Program-made: the position numbers and the translations under genes
The notes under the pieces: model-generated
Databases searched by the model: none
Told to the model about the DNA's origin: nothing
Seen by the model: the letters and a program-made list of their open reading frames with translations, nothing else
In this document: piece after piece, positions 44,715 to 54,791 of the stretch
Position numbering within the stretch: position 1 is the first letter of the stretch
Layout: the number at the start of each line of letters is the position of its first letter
NCBI GenBank assembly: GCA_041743975.1
Contig: JBGTLT010000162.1
Coordinates: forward strand, 12,743 to 76,742
DNA length: 64,000 bases
From: Zeaxanthinibacter sp.
GTDB lineage: Bacteria; Bacteroidota; Bacteroidia; Flavobacteriales; Flavobacteriaceae
Direction of reading: 5' to 3'

Positions 44715-45551
44715 ATGAAGGTTTACAAACTAAAAAGTGGAATCCTTGTTCAATCCGAAGGATCTTTCCATCTATTGAAAGGGGAGGACTGGGACCGTTT
44801 TATCAATGATGATGCTGTCCTGGCTACAACCAGGCAACGGCTCCATACCGCCAACAGAATAGATAACCCTGGTACACGCCTTGAGGATGAACTTGAGGCC
44901 CCGGTGCAGGGGCAGGAGATCTGGGCAAGTGGCGTAACCTACTACAACAGTAAACTGGGAAGGGAAGCGGAATCCAAAGAAGCCGGAGGAAGTAATTTTT
45001 ATGCACGTGTATACGAAGCGGAAAGGCCCGAACTTTTTTTTAAGGGGATGGGATACCGGGCCATAGCATCCGGGGGGCTGGTACGAAAACGATCCGATTC
45101 TACCTGGGATGTACCGGAACCGGAACTGACACTTGTGGTTACCGCTTCCGGAAAGATCATTGGGTATACCATTGGCAATGACATGAGCTCCAGGAGTATC
45201 GAAGGGGAAAATCCGTTATACCTCCCACAGGCAAAGAGTTATGACGGCTCAACAGCCCTGGGCCCCTGCATCCTGCTGAGCGACACCCCCCTGCCTGGTG
45301 CAACCCGGATACAACTCCAAATTGTAAGGGGCGGCAAAACGGAATTTAAGGGCATAATTGCCATTGATCAGATCAAAAGGAAATTCGAGGATTTGGTTCG
45401 TTACCTCTACATGGAATGTTCCTTTCCTAAAGGCAGTCTCCTGATGACCGGTACAGGGATCGTGCCAGGACCCGAATTTAACCTTGCAAGCGGGGATGAA
45501 ATTACCATTGCTGTTGAAGGCATTGGAGAACTGGTCAATACCGTTGCCTGA
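44715..45551 (+). CDS. fumarylacetoacetate hydrolase (FAH) family protein
   Basis: ATG at 44715 (MKVYKL...). FAH-type C-terminal domain (GNDMSSRSIEGENPLYLPQAKSYD, GTGIVPG). Confidence 0.78.
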   Translation: MKVYKLKSGILVQSEGSFHLLKGEDWDRFINDDAVLATTRQRLHTANRIDNPGTRLEDELEAPVQGQEIWASGVTYYNSKLGREAESKEAGGSNFYARVYEAERPELFFKGMGYRAIASGGLVRKRSDSTWDVPEPELTLVVTASGKIIGYTIGNDMSSRSIEGENPLYLPQAKSYDGSTALGPCILLSDTPLPGATRIQLQIVRGGKTEFKGIIAIDQIKRKFEDLVRYLYMECSFPKGSLLMTGTGIVPGPEFNLASGDEITIAVEGIGELVNTVA

Positions 45552-45566
45552 TGCCAGCAATGAGTA

Positions 45567-45971
45567 TTAATGCGGATCTGGTTTCTTCCGGCTGATTTTT
45601 TTTTCAGCCCCTATCCTTTTGGCTTTTAACCTCTTTTCAACAGCGGTCCGTGTAGGTCCTGTTTTTTTCCGTTTTTTGGGTACTTTAACTGCCGCATTCA
45701 GAAGTTCAATCAACCGCGCAATAACGAGTTCCTTGTTTTTATGCTGGCTTCGGGCCGTGTCGCACTGTAACTGAAGGATTTTCTCTTTGGAGATCCGGTT
45801 TCCGAGTTTCCGGTAGATCCGGTCCTTTTCACCAGGGGTCAGGCCAAATGAGTTGGCTACATCAAACGTAAGTTCCATTTTGGAAGCTACCTTATTGACA
45901 TGCTGCCCTCCTGCCCCACTGCTACGAATACCTTTTAGGGTTACTTCTGTCCGGATACGCTCTTTGTCCAT
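45567..45971 (-). CDS. arfB: alternative ribosome-rescue factor ArfB (class I release-factor-like peptidyl-tRNA hydrolase)
   Basis: GGQ motif (SSGAGGQHVNKV) and a basic C-terminal tail. Start set at MDKERIRTEV to avoid overlap with the upstream ABC gene. Confidence 0.85.
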   Translation of the reverse strand: MDKERIRTEVTLKGIRSSGAGGQHVNKVASKMELTFDVANSFGLTPGEKDRIYRKLGNRISKEKILQLQCDTARSQHKNKELVIARLIELLNAAVKVPKKRKKTGPTRTAVEKRLKAKRIGAEKKISRKKPDPH

Positions 45972-45981
45972 TTTAACTATA

Positions 45982-46956
45982 TTATGGAGAGAGCCTTTTA
46001 TTGAGGGTTTCCAGGGAAACATTTAAAAAGACCCTGGTCCCCGGTTCCAAAATCTTATCTGAATGGAAATAAACCGTATGTCCGTCAGTAAGGCCGGCTA
46101 CCAAAAAATAAGGCCCCATCAGGTAGGACTTTATGACTTCCACTTCGAGGCCGGAGGTCTGTGAAATCTTGAATTCGTGTGCATAGACCACGATCCGGCG
46201 TTTGGTATCTGCATAGGATTTTACAATATTCACAGGTATCCTGTTGGATTCCCCGAACAAGGATGCAATGTAAAGATCACGCGGTTTTTCATAAAGTGTT
46301 AGTGTAACCTCATCTGCCAGGATACCCCTGTCCTTTAATACAATTACCCTGTCAGCAAACGGCAATACATCATTGGAATCATGGGTGGCTGTGATACAGG
46401 TGATCCCTTTTTGCTTCAGATAATCGAACACTTTGCGCCGGAGGTGGTTTTTGCTGAAATTATCGATATGGCTAAACGGTTCATCCAATAAAAGGATTTC
46501 CGGTTCCTGGGCTAAAACTCGGGCGAGGGCTACCCGTTGTTGTTGTCCGCCACTGAGGTCCCGGATTTTTACATCCGCATAATCAGTGAGTTCAATCATT
46601 TCCATCAGCAGGTTTGTCCTCGTACTGAATTCTTCCGGATCAAATGCAGATAAGAATTGACCAATGTTCTCCCGAACCGTGGTAAAGGGCATCAGTTCAA
46701 ATTCCTGCGACAGGTATTTCATATAAGATTCCCCGGGGACCAGGTTATGTAAGGGCCCCATCACCTTCCTTTCCCCCCAATAGACTTCCCCGATATGTAA
46801 TGGCAACAATCCATAAATAATTTTTAGCAAGGTACTTTTCCCACATCCGCTTTCCCCCAGAATGGATACATGTTCCCCCTGAGCCACCCCGAAAGATACT
46901 TCTTCGAGTACGGCATTTTCATCATATGAGAAAGATATCTGGTCTACCTTGAGCAT
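45982..46956 (-). CDS. ABC transporter ATP-binding protein (no permease gene adjacent)
   Basis: Walker A GESGCGKST, signature LSGGQQQRVALAR, Walker B LLLDEP. An extra C-terminal domain of about 100 aa. Confidence 0.9.
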   Translation of the reverse strand: MLKVDQISFSYDENAVLEEVSFGVAQGEHVSILGESGCGKSTLLKIIYGLLPLHIGEVYWGERKVMGPLHNLVPGESYMKYLSQEFELMPFTTVRENIGQFLSAFDPEEFSTRTNLLMEMIELTDYADVKIRDLSGGQQQRVALARVLAQEPEILLLDEPFSHIDNFSKNHLRRKVFDYLKQKGITCITATHDSNDVLPFADRVIVLKDRGILADEVTLTLYEKPRDLYIASLFGESNRIPVNIVKSYADTKRRIVVYAHEFKISQTSGLEVEVIKSYLMGPYFLVAGLTDGHTVYFHSDKILEPGTRVFLNVSLETLNKRLSP

Positions 46957-46977
46957 TGTAAGAAGTGTTTATCGGAT

Positions 46978-47005
46978 AAAAAAACCGCTTCCTAATAAGA
47001 AACGG
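46978..47005 (-). terminator. rho-independent terminator after the prolyl oligopeptidase gene
   Basis: The minus strand reads CCGTTTC-TTATTAG-GAAGCGG (7-bp stem with one G-U pair) followed by TTTTTTT. Confidence 0.5.
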
Positions 47006-47038
47006 CCGGGTATGAAAATCAGTGATAAGCAAAGGTAA

Positions 47039-49198
47039 TTAGTCCTTAAAATCCTTCACCACCGCCTCGTTAGGAAGCTTTTCATATCCCATATTGTACA
47101 AGGTAAAGCCAAAAATATCGGCATATTGCTCAATGGTTTTGCTCACCGGTGTCCCGGCCCCATGACCAGCATTGGTTTCGATCCGGATGAGGGTTGGGTT
47201 TTTCCCTGCCTGTTTTTCCTGTAGTTCCGCTGCGAACTTAAAACTATGGGCAGGCACCACACGGTCATCGTGGTCGCCGGTGGTTATCATGGTAGCAGGG
47301 TACTCCACACCTTGTTTTACATTGTGGACCGGAGAATATCCTTTGAGATAATTGAACATTTCAACATTTTGTTCTGCTGTTCCATAGTCATAATCCCATC
47401 CGGCACCTGCTGTAAAGGTGTGGTATCGCAGCATGTCCAATACGCCTACCGCGGGCAGAGCCACCTTCATCAGGTCGGGGCGCTGGGTCATGGTGGCACC
47501 AACCAGTAAACCACCGTTGGACCCCCCGCTTATCGCCAAATACTCTGATGAAGTGTAATTCTCCGCGATAAGATATTCTGCAGCGGCAATAAAGTCATCG
47601 AAAACATTTTGCTTATTGAGTTTTATTCCGGCGTCATGCCAGGCTTTCCCATATTCCCCGCCGCCGCGTATATTGGGTACCACATAAATTCCCCCCTGTT
47701 CCATCCAAACAGCATTTACGATGCTGAAGGATGGGGTGAGGCTTATATTGAATCCCCCATAGCCATATAGGATCGTTGGATTCTTCCCATTGAGTTCCAG
47801 GCCTTTTTTATGGGTAATGATCATGGGGATTTTGGTGCCATCCTTGGTTTTATAGAATACCTGGTTAGACTCATAGGACCTCGGGTCAAAGTCGATCTCA
47901 GGTTTCCAATACTGCTGGTATTTTCCGTTCTCCACGGCGTAGATATAGATAGACGCAGGGGTGTTATAATTGGTAAAGGAAAAATAGAGTTCCTTCTCAT
48001 CCTTTTTTCCGCTGAAACCAAAGGCAGTTCCGATTCCCGGCAGTTCCACTTCCCGGATGAGGTTCCCTTCGTAGTCATATTGCATGACTTTTGAAATAGC
48101 ATCCACCATATATTCCGTAAAAAAATAACCTCCGCCCGTCGTTGGGTTGAGCACGTTTCCGGTCTCCGGCACAAAGTCCACCCAATTCTCAGGCACAGGA
48201 TCCCCGGCATCAACCGTGACTATTTTTTTATTTGGAGCGTCCTTGTTCGTAACGATATATAATTTGGATCCTACATTTTCTATGATGTAACTGTCCGTAT
48301 CTGTATTTTCCAGGATAGTGGTGAGTTTGCCATTGGGTTGGGTGAGGTCCTTGATGAAGAGTTTGTTCCCGGATGTTGAGTTGGAGGCCGTAATTACCAA
48401 AAAACGCTGGTCTTCCGTTACGCCTGCCCCAATATACCGGTGTTTTTCGGAAGGATTGCCGCCGAATACGAGCTTATCGCTGCTCTGGGGTGTTCCCAGC
48501 TGATGGTAATATACCTTGTGTTGGTCAGTTTTTGCAGACAACTGACTACCCTTTGGCTTGTCATAACTGGAATAATAAAAACCTTCATTACCCTTCCAGG
48601 AAATATCGCTGAATTTGATTTCCCCCAGGGTGTCTTCTACAATTTCTTTGGATCCTGCATTGAGTACAATAGCTTTGCGCCAGTCGCTTCCCCCTTCGGA
48701 AATAAGATAGGCAGCAAGCGATCCGTCCTTCGTAAAACTAAGGCCTTGCAGGGAGGTTGTACCATCTTTTGAAAAGGTATTGGGATCCAGGAAAACCTCG
48801 GCATTTCCCCCGTCATTTTTTTTACGGTATACCACGTACTGGTTTTGAAGGCCATCATTCTTATAATAATAGGTGAAATCACCTTCCTTAAACGGCGAAC
48901 TCAGTTTTTCATAATTCCACAATTTTTCCAACCTGTTCTTTAAGGCTGCCCTGAATGGGATTTCTTCCAGGTAGCCAAAAGTCACCCGGTTTTGTTCTTT
49001 GACCCATGCCTCGGTAGCTGCACTGGTGTCTGCCTCGAGCCAACGATAAGGGTCCGGGACGCTGGTGCCAAAATAGGTGTCAACGGAATCAACCTTGGAG
49101 GTGGTTGGATAATTCACAACGATGGGTTTTTTTTTAGCCGTGTCCTGGCAGGAGGAACTTACAATCAGGATCAGGAAGAGGGGCATTACTATTTTCAT
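47039..49198 (-). CDS. prolyl oligopeptidase (S9A family)
   Basis: 719 aa with signal/lipobox (LILIVSSSC). Catalytic serine motif ISGGSNGGLLVG. N-terminal beta-propeller region. Confidence 0.92.
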   Translation of the reverse strand: MKIVMPLFLILIVSSSCQDTAKKKPIVVNYPTTSKVDSVDTYFGTSVPDPYRWLEADTSAATEAWVKEQNRVTFGYLEEIPFRAALKNRLEKLWNYEKLSSPFKEGDFTYYYKNDGLQNQYVVYRKKNDGGNAEVFLDPNTFSKDGTTSLQGLSFTKDGSLAAYLISEGGSDWRKAIVLNAGSKEIVEDTLGEIKFSDISWKGNEGFYYSSYDKPKGSQLSAKTDQHKVYYHQLGTPQSSDKLVFGGNPSEKHRYIGAGVTEDQRFLVITASNSTSGNKLFIKDLTQPNGKLTTILENTDTDSYIIENVGSKLYIVTNKDAPNKKIVTVDAGDPVPENWVDFVPETGNVLNPTTGGGYFFTEYMVDAISKVMQYDYEGNLIREVELPGIGTAFGFSGKKDEKELYFSFTNYNTPASIYIYAVENGKYQQYWKPEIDFDPRSYESNQVFYKTKDGTKIPMIITHKKGLELNGKNPTILYGYGGFNISLTPSFSIVNAVWMEQGGIYVVPNIRGGGEYGKAWHDAGIKLNKQNVFDDFIAAAEYLIAENYTSSEYLAISGGSNGGLLVGATMTQRPDLMKVALPAVGVLDMLRYHTFTAGAGWDYDYGTAEQNVEMFNYLKGYSPVHNVKQGVEYPATMITTGDHDDRVVPAHSFKFAAELQEKQAGKNPTLIRIETNAGHGAGTPVSKTIEQYADIFGFTLYNMGYEKLPNEAVVKDFKD

Positions 49199-49232
49199 AT
49201 AGTCTTGTTTTGAACAGCGCTAAAAATACCAT

Positions 49233-49264
49233 AAAAAAGACTTTGGAACCTAATAGGACCAAAG
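49233..49264 (-). terminator. rho-independent terminator after asd
   Basis: The minus strand reads CTTTGGTCC-TATTA-GGTTCCAAAG (one mismatch) followed by TCTTTTTT. Confidence 0.5.
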
Positions 49265-49291
49265 GTTTTAACAGTATTTTAAAGGCCTGTA

Positions 49292-50281
49292 TCACAACAT
49301 TTTTGCGTCCAAAAGGTATTCTGCGATCTGGACTGCATTGGTAGCAGCCCCTTTTCGGAGATTGTCTGCAACGATCCACAGGTTCAGGGTATTCGCCTGG
49401 GATTCATCCCTGCGGATACGTCCTACAAATACATCGTCCTTATCATGCGCATACACGGGCATAGGGTATGTATTGGTTTCCGGATTGTCCTGTAAGACCA
49501 CCCCCGGGGTTTTACTGAGCAATTCACGGACTTCCCGGAGGTCAAAATCTGAATAGAATTCCACATTTACTGCTTCTGAATGGCCCCCTGCCGTGGGGAT
49601 CCTTACAGCGGTAGCGGTAACAGAGAATGTTCGGTCATTTAATATTTTCTGCGGTTCACGCGCCAGTTTCATTTCTTCTTTGGTATAGCCATTGTCCATA
49701 AATACATCGCAATGTGGCAGTGCATTCCTGTTGATGGGATACGGGTATGCCATTTCCCCCTCAACACCCGCAATCTCGTTTTCCAGTTGCCGCACTGCTT
49801 TCAGGCCCGTACCGGAAACGGATTGGTAAGTTGAAACTACCACCCTTTTCATCCGGTATTTGGTATGCAAAGGAGCAAGTACCATGACCAATTGGATTGT
49901 GGAACAATTGGGGTTCGCGATTATTTTATCTTCCCTGGTAAGTTGTGTGCCATTTATCTCCGGTACTATCAGTTTTTTTGTGGGATCCATACGCCAGGCC
50001 GAGGAATTGTCTATCACGGTAGTTCCCGATTCGGCAAATTTCGGGGCCCATTCCAGGGAGGTATCCCCCCCGGCAGATAATATGGCAAGATCGGGCCGGG
50101 CCCTAACAGCCTCGGCCAGGCCAATGACAGTATGTTCCTTGCCCTGGAATTTTAATTTCTTCCCTACTGAGCGTTCCGATGCCACCAGGATCAATTCGGA
50201 CATTGGAAACTTGCGTTCAGCCAGTACCTTTAACATTACCTCCCCCACCATTCCCGTGGCTCCCACAATTGCTACTTTCAT
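49292..50281 (-). CDS. asd: aspartate-semialdehyde dehydrogenase
   Basis: MKVAIVGATGMVGEVMLKVL N-terminus and the active-site region NPNCSTIQ. Confidence 0.95.
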   Translation of the reverse strand: MKVAIVGATGMVGEVMLKVLAERKFPMSELILVASERSVGKKLKFQGKEHTVIGLAEAVRARPDLAILSAGGDTSLEWAPKFAESGTTVIDNSSAWRMDPTKKLIVPEINGTQLTREDKIIANPNCSTIQLVMVLAPLHTKYRMKRVVVSTYQSVSGTGLKAVRQLENEIAGVEGEMAYPYPINRNALPHCDVFMDNGYTKEEMKLAREPQKILNDRTFSVTATAVRIPTAGGHSEAVNVEFYSDFDLREVRELLSKTPGVVLQDNPETNTYPMPVYAHDKDDVFVGRIRRDESQANTLNLWIVADNLRKGAATNAVQIAEYLLDAKML

Positions 50282-50301
50282 ATGCGTGTAATTTTAAAGG
50301 G

Positions 50302-50309
50302 CAAAAGTA
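50302..50309 (-). promoter_or_regulatory. candidate Bacteroidota -7 promoter box (TACTTTTG) for asd
   Basis: The minus strand matches TAnnTTTG and ends 20 nt upstream of the ATG at 50281. Confidence 0.4.
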
Positions 50310-50404
50310 GTATAAGATACCCTTCCCGGCAAGCAGGCAGGGTACAATTAATCAAAATATAACAAAAAGTTATAAAAATAACATTGATATGGCTGCCCTG
50401 GCCC

Positions 50405-50447
50405 ATATAAAAACCGGCCCTGGGAGAACGAATCCCCGGTGCCGGTT
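50405..50447 (-). terminator. probable rho-independent terminator after mscL
   Basis: GC-rich stem aaccggc (50412..50418) / gccggtt (50441..50447) with additional inner pairs. On the minus strand it is followed by a T-run. Confidence 0.45.
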
Positions 50448-50478
50448 ACATTGAACATAAAGTTTAGCGCCCTGAAAA

Positions 50479-50883
50479 TTATTTCTTTTTGAGGAGGTCC
50501 CGGATCTCGGCCAGGAGCTGTTCCTGTGTTGGGCCCGAAGGAGCTGGTATGGGAGCAGGCTTCCTGGTTTTGTTATACGCTTTGACGATCATGAACAGTA
50601 CAAAGCCCACGATGATAAGGTTGATAATGGTGTTGATCCAGGCCCCATACCGTATAGCACTTTCAGGTTTTTCAATTATACCGTCCGCTGCCACTACGGC
50701 TTCAGACAACACGATCTGCATATCCGAGAAATCCACCCCCCCGGTGAAGTAGCCAACGATGGGCATCATAATATCATTGACAAAGCCATTGACCACAAGG
50801 CCTACAGCACCTGCCAGGAGAACGGCGACAGCAAGGTCGATAACGTTGCCGGTCATAATAAAAGCTTTAAATTCTTTCCACAT
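50479..50883 (-). CDS. mscL: large-conductance mechanosensitive channel
   Basis: MWKEFKAFIMTGNVIDLAVAVLLAGA is the canonical MscL N-terminus. 134 aa. Confidence 0.95.
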   Translation of the reverse strand: MWKEFKAFIMTGNVIDLAVAVLLAGAVGLVVNGFVNDIMMPIVGYFTGGVDFSDMQIVLSEAVVAADGIIEKPESAIRYGAWINTIINLIIVGFVLFMIVKAYNKTRKPAPIPAPSGPTQEQLLAEIRDLLKKK

Positions 50884-50941
50884 GGTTTATTCGCTTAATG
50901 GGTTGATTAGATAAATTGCCTCACAAGATAAACAAAATAAA

Positions 50942-51030
50942 GAATTTCTCCTCACCCGAAACCGCTTAGGCGGTTTCGACCTCTCCAGGCGGTGCCCCTG
51001 CGCAAAAGCCCCGAGGAATTCTTTTGATTA
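50942..51030 (-). repeat. copy B of the structured intergenic repeat of about 90 nt
   Basis: Its reverse complement aligns with 20526..20617. 40 of 46 nt are identical across the tggaga...gagaaattc half, and 21 of 22 across gaattcc.cggggcttttgc. Contains the 9-bp hairpin cgaaaccgc-ttag-gcggtttcg. Confidence 0.7.
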
Positions 51031-51057
51031 AATTCATTCAAACCCCTTTCCAATCCA

Positions 51058-52176
51058 TTAAAGGCCGATGAACACCCTGGGGACACGGGCGGAAATCCCG
51101 GTTATCAGTTCATACGATATGGTATTGGCCGTGCCCGCCAGGGATTCGGCGGAATGCCCGGGCCCGAACAGGATTACTTCATCGCCTTCCTGGCAGGCTA
51201 CCCCCGTAATATCGATCATGATCATATCCATACAAACATTCCCTATGATCGGTACTTTTTGATCACCTATGTAAACATAGGACAAACCCCTTCCATACTG
51301 CCTTCCTATGCCATCTGCATGGCCAATGGGTAGGGTGGCCGTTACCCTCGGCTCGTCTGCCAGGTAAGCCCTGTTATAGCCAACACTTTCATGGGGTTTA
51401 AGGTGGTGTATCTGTGAGATGATGGTCTTTAGGGTGGATATGGGTTTCAGGTGCACGTCCATGGCGGGATCATTGCCATATCCATATAGTCCAATGCCGC
51501 TGCGAACCATATCCAGCTGTGCTTCCGGGTAATTAAGGATGCCGGAAGTATTCAGGATATGCCTGAAAGGTTTGGTTCCCAATTGGTCTTTCAGTTCCCC
51601 CATAATTTTAAGATATCTGGTAATTTGGCCCTTTGTAAACGCTGATTCCCCCAAATCTTCCGAAGCTGCCAAATGCGAGAAAATGGATACTGCCCGGACT
51701 TCATCCCTCCCCTTCAACAACGCCGCTACCTCGGCCACTTCCCCCTCTCCAAAACCAAGGCGGTTCAAACCTGTATTGAATTTCAGGTGTACCGGGTAGG
51801 CGCTTTGCCCATTTTTGCGGGCCGTTTCCAGGAATTCCGCAAGTACCTTCCGGCTGTATAAACTCGGTTCCAGGACATGCCTGATCATGGCATCAAAGTT
51901 GACGGCTTGGGGGTGGAGGACCAAAATGGGTGTCTGGATGCCGGCCTGCCGCAGTGCAACACCCTCCTGAACATAGGCCACGGCAAAATAATCGATTCCC
52001 AGGTGCTCCAGCTTACGGGATATCACAATGGCATCACTACCATAGGCAAATGCTTTTACAACCGCGAGGAACCTGGTGGTTTTATGCAGTTTTGACCTCA
52101 GATAGTGATAATTGTACGCAAGTGCGTTCAGATCAATTTCAAGTACAGTCTCCTTCGCTATGGGCATAGGTGTCAT
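51058..52176 (-). CDS. alr: alanine racemase
   Basis: Sequence is alanine-racemase-like, including the PLP-lysine region AVVKAFAYGS. Start is uncertain: ATG at 52176 or 52167. The track start at 52233 would overlap tdk. Confidence 0.88.
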   Translation of the reverse strand: MTPMPIAKETVLEIDLNALAYNYHYLRSKLHKTTRFLAVVKAFAYGSDAIVISRKLEHLGIDYFAVAYVQEGVALRQAGIQTPILVLHPQAVNFDAMIRHVLEPSLYSRKVLAEFLETARKNGQSAYPVHLKFNTGLNRLGFGEGEVAEVAALLKGRDEVRAVSIFSHLAASEDLGESAFTKGQITRYLKIMGELKDQLGTKPFRHILNTSGILNYPEAQLDMVRSGIGLYGYGNDPAMDVHLKPISTLKTIISQIHHLKPHESVGYNRAYLADEPRVTATLPIGHADGIGRQYGRGLSYVYIGDQKVPIIGNVCMDMIMIDITGVACQEGDEVILFGPGHSAESLAGTANTISYELITGISARVPRVFIGL

Positions 52177-52216
52177 CTTATTGTAAACGGTAAGTATCCC
52201 TGAGTGCAAGGGTCTG

Positions 52217-52867
52217 CTAATCCCGGCTCCCACCCTCGCGGAGACCTTCGTTCACTTCTTCCACCTTTACTTCCATCTGGCTTATTTTTTCCCTGAGCAT
52301 GGCTTTATAAAAAGCAGCCCTGCACAAAGGTTCATAGGTTTCTGTTTCGCCCAGCAGCACCAATTTGTCATTATCGGATTTTCTAAAACTGTAATTCGCC
52401 AGGTTGCCGGTCCTGGTACATATGGCATGGACCTTTGTGACATACTCTGCAGTGGCCATTAATGCCGGCATCGGGCCAAAAGGATTTCCTTTAAAATCCA
52501 TGTCCAGCCCGGCGATAACAACCCTGACGCCCCTGTTGGCCAGGTCGTTGCATACGGTTACGATTTCATCATCAAAAAACTGGGCTTCATCTATGCCCAC
52601 CACATCACAATCATCAGCCAACAGCCGGATGTTAGCGGCGGCTGGCACGGGTGTTGAGCGGATCTCATTTTCATCATGTGATACCACCATATCCTCCCCA
52701 TATCGGGTATCTACAATAGGCTTAAAGATCTCCACTTTTTGTTTGGCAAACTTGGCCCGCTTCAACCTTCGGATGAGTTCCTCGGTTTTACCAGAAAACA
52801 TAGAACCGCAGATGACCTCTATCCATCCGAATTGTTCTTTGTGATTAACAGTGTTTTCGAGAAACAT
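52217..52867 (-). CDS. tdk: thymidine kinase
   Basis: P-loop [14 protein letters not shown], 216 aa, Tdk-like sequence throughout. Confidence 0.92.
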   Translation of the reverse strand: MFLENTVNHKEQFGWIEVICGSMFSGKTEELIRRLKRAKFAKQKVEIFKPIVDTRYGEDMVVSHDENEIRSTPVPAAANIRLLADDCDVVGIDEAQFFDDEIVTVCNDLANRGVRVVIAGLDMDFKGNPFGPMPALMATAEYVTKVHAICTRTGNLANYSFRKSDNDKLVLLGETETYEPLCRAAFYKAMLREKISQMEVKVEEVNEGLREGGSRD

Positions 52868-52972
52868 TTTGTAATTTTAGACGAACTAATGGGTTTCTTC
52901 GTTCTTTTCTATACCCGGGTATAAAAGTATTAAAAAAGAAATACCTGTGGGGACGAGGCAAAACAAAATGAG

Positions 52973-53662
52973 ATGAAGCGAAAATTGAAAGAGGAATTGA
53001 TTAAGATGTCAACGGACATTATTTCATCAAGAGAGCTTACGGAAGTCCCGGAGCTCTATGAGGCGGCGAAGAACCTCTATGAAAAACTGGCCGTTCTTAA
53101 ATTCATTGAAGAAAAATTACAGGATATTGAAATTGATGTTTCCAAAAACCCCCTGGCAGCCAAATTTGAAAAAATGGCTACTGCTGTCATGAATGAAAAC
53201 AAATTCGTACCTGAAAGCAATCCGCATGAGGAAGATATCATCATTCCGGGTATTGATACCATAAAAGATATGATGTCAGAAATGCCCACCAGCGCCCAAG
53301 TGGATCAGATCTTTACAGAGTTTGTAGCCAAAAAGGAATTCATCAAAAATGATAAGGAGCAGGTAACGCCCGAGATCAGGAACGGGTTTACCGAAAAAGC
53401 CAGGGTAAAATCCCTGAACGACCAGCTCAGCAACAAGAAACTTTCCATAGGCCTGAATGACAGGCTTGCTTTTGTTAAACATCTTTTCAACGATAGTACG
53501 GAAGATTTCAACAGGGTCATTTCCCAGTTAACTACCATAGAATCTGAAGAACGCTCCATTGCATTTATCGAAAATATGGTCAAACCGGATTACGACCACT
53601 GGGCCGGTAAAGAGGAATATGTGAACCGATTTATGTTCCTTATTTCCCGGAGATTTACATAG
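52973..53662 (+). CDS. hypothetical acidic protein
   Basis: 229-aa ORF divergent from tdk. No family recognised. Confidence 0.5.
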   Translation: MKRKLKEELIKMSTDIISSRELTEVPELYEAAKNLYEKLAVLKFIEEKLQDIEIDVSKNPLAAKFEKMATAVMNENKFVPESNPHEEDIIIPGIDTIKDMMSEMPTSAQVDQIFTEFVAKKEFIKNDKEQVTPEIRNGFTEKARVKSLNDQLSNKKLSIGLNDRLAFVKHLFNDSTEDFNRVISQLTTIESEERSIAFIENMVKPDYDHWAGKEEYVNRFMFLISRRFT

Positions 53663-53711
53663 ATGAGTTCATTGCGTATTTTCAATCCCTGAGGTTATTG
53701 CTTGCTACATT

Positions 53712-54068
53712 ATGGATATATCTAAATACCTCTATTGGATTGCCACTATTATTCTCACGGCCATCATGCTTAATTCCATATACCACTATTTCCTGAACCA
53801 TGACGGGATTGCCGGCCGATTTGTTTATTTCGGGTATCCCGGTTACCTGGTATATCCGCTTGCTATAGCCAAAGCATTAGGTCTGACTGCCATTTGGGGA
53901 AATTTTTCCCGTTCCCTGAAGGAATGGGCTTACGCCGGATTTTTTTTTAATACGCTGCTGGCCATACTGGCACATTATATAACCGATGGGAATGGCTATC
54001 TCATGCCTGTCGTGGCGTTATGCTGTACCCTTATTTCCTTTTTTACCGGCAAAAAAATCCGACCATAA
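53712..54068 (+). CDS. DoxX-like small membrane protein
   Basis: 118 aa with four TM helices. DoxX-like composition. Confidence 0.55.
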   Translation: MDISKYLYWIATIILTAIMLNSIYHYFLNHDGIAGRFVYFGYPGYLVYPLAIAKALGLTAIWGNFSRSLKEWAYAGFFFNTLLAILAHYITDGNGYLMPVVALCCTLISFFTGKKIRP

Positions 54069-54077
54069 TCAAACAAT

Positions 54078-54749
54078 ATGGGTAAGTTATATCTGGTCCC
54101 TACCCCTATTGGAAATATGGAGGATATTACCCTGAGGGCGATTCGTATTTTAAAGGAAGTTGATGTAATACTGGCTGAAGATACCCGTACCAGCGGGAAG
54201 CTCCTGCAGCGGCACGGGATAGACACGCCCCTGCAAAGCCACCATATGCACAATGAACATAAAACCCTGGAAGGCATAGTAACCAAACTAAAACAGGGGA
54301 TGGTTATTGCTCTTATCTCAGATGCCGGTACCCCGGCAATTTCGGATCCGGGATTTTTACTGACCCGGGCATGTATTGCAAACGATATTGCGGTAGAATG
54401 CCTGCCTGGGGCAACCGCTTTTGTGCCGGCACTAGTGAACAGCGGCCTTCCGAACGACAGATTTATCTTTGAAGGATTCCTTCCTGTCAAAAAAGGGAGG
54501 CAGACACGGTTGGAACAATTGGCGCAGGAAACACGTACTCTTGTTTTCTTCGAGTCTCCCCACAAGCTTCTTAAAACATTAACCCAGTTTGCTGTCTATT
54601 TTGGGCCGGAACGGGCTATCTCCGTATCAAGGGAATTGACCAAATTATATGAAGAAACCATCCGGGGCACAATTGCGGAGGTACTGGACCACTATTCCCG
54701 TAATCCGGTCAAGGGGGAAATCGTGATCGTTGTAGCCGGCAACAAATAG
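54078..54749 (+). CDS. rsmI: 16S rRNA (cytidine1402-2'-O)-methyltransferase
   Basis: MGKLYLVPTPIGNMEDITLRAIRILKEVDVILAEDTR is the RsmI hallmark. Confidence 0.92.
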   Translation: MGKLYLVPTPIGNMEDITLRAIRILKEVDVILAEDTRTSGKLLQRHGIDTPLQSHHMHNEHKTLEGIVTKLKQGMVIALISDAGTPAISDPGFLLTRACIANDIAVECLPGATAFVPALVNSGLPNDRFIFEGFLPVKKGRQTRLEQLAQETRTLVFFESPHKLLKTLTQFAVYFGPERAISVSRELTKLYEETIRGTIAEVLDHYSRNPVKGEIVIVVAGNK

Positions 54750-54791
54750 CCCTGCTTCAGGTTACAACTTCCAGAAGGAGATCGCAGGACT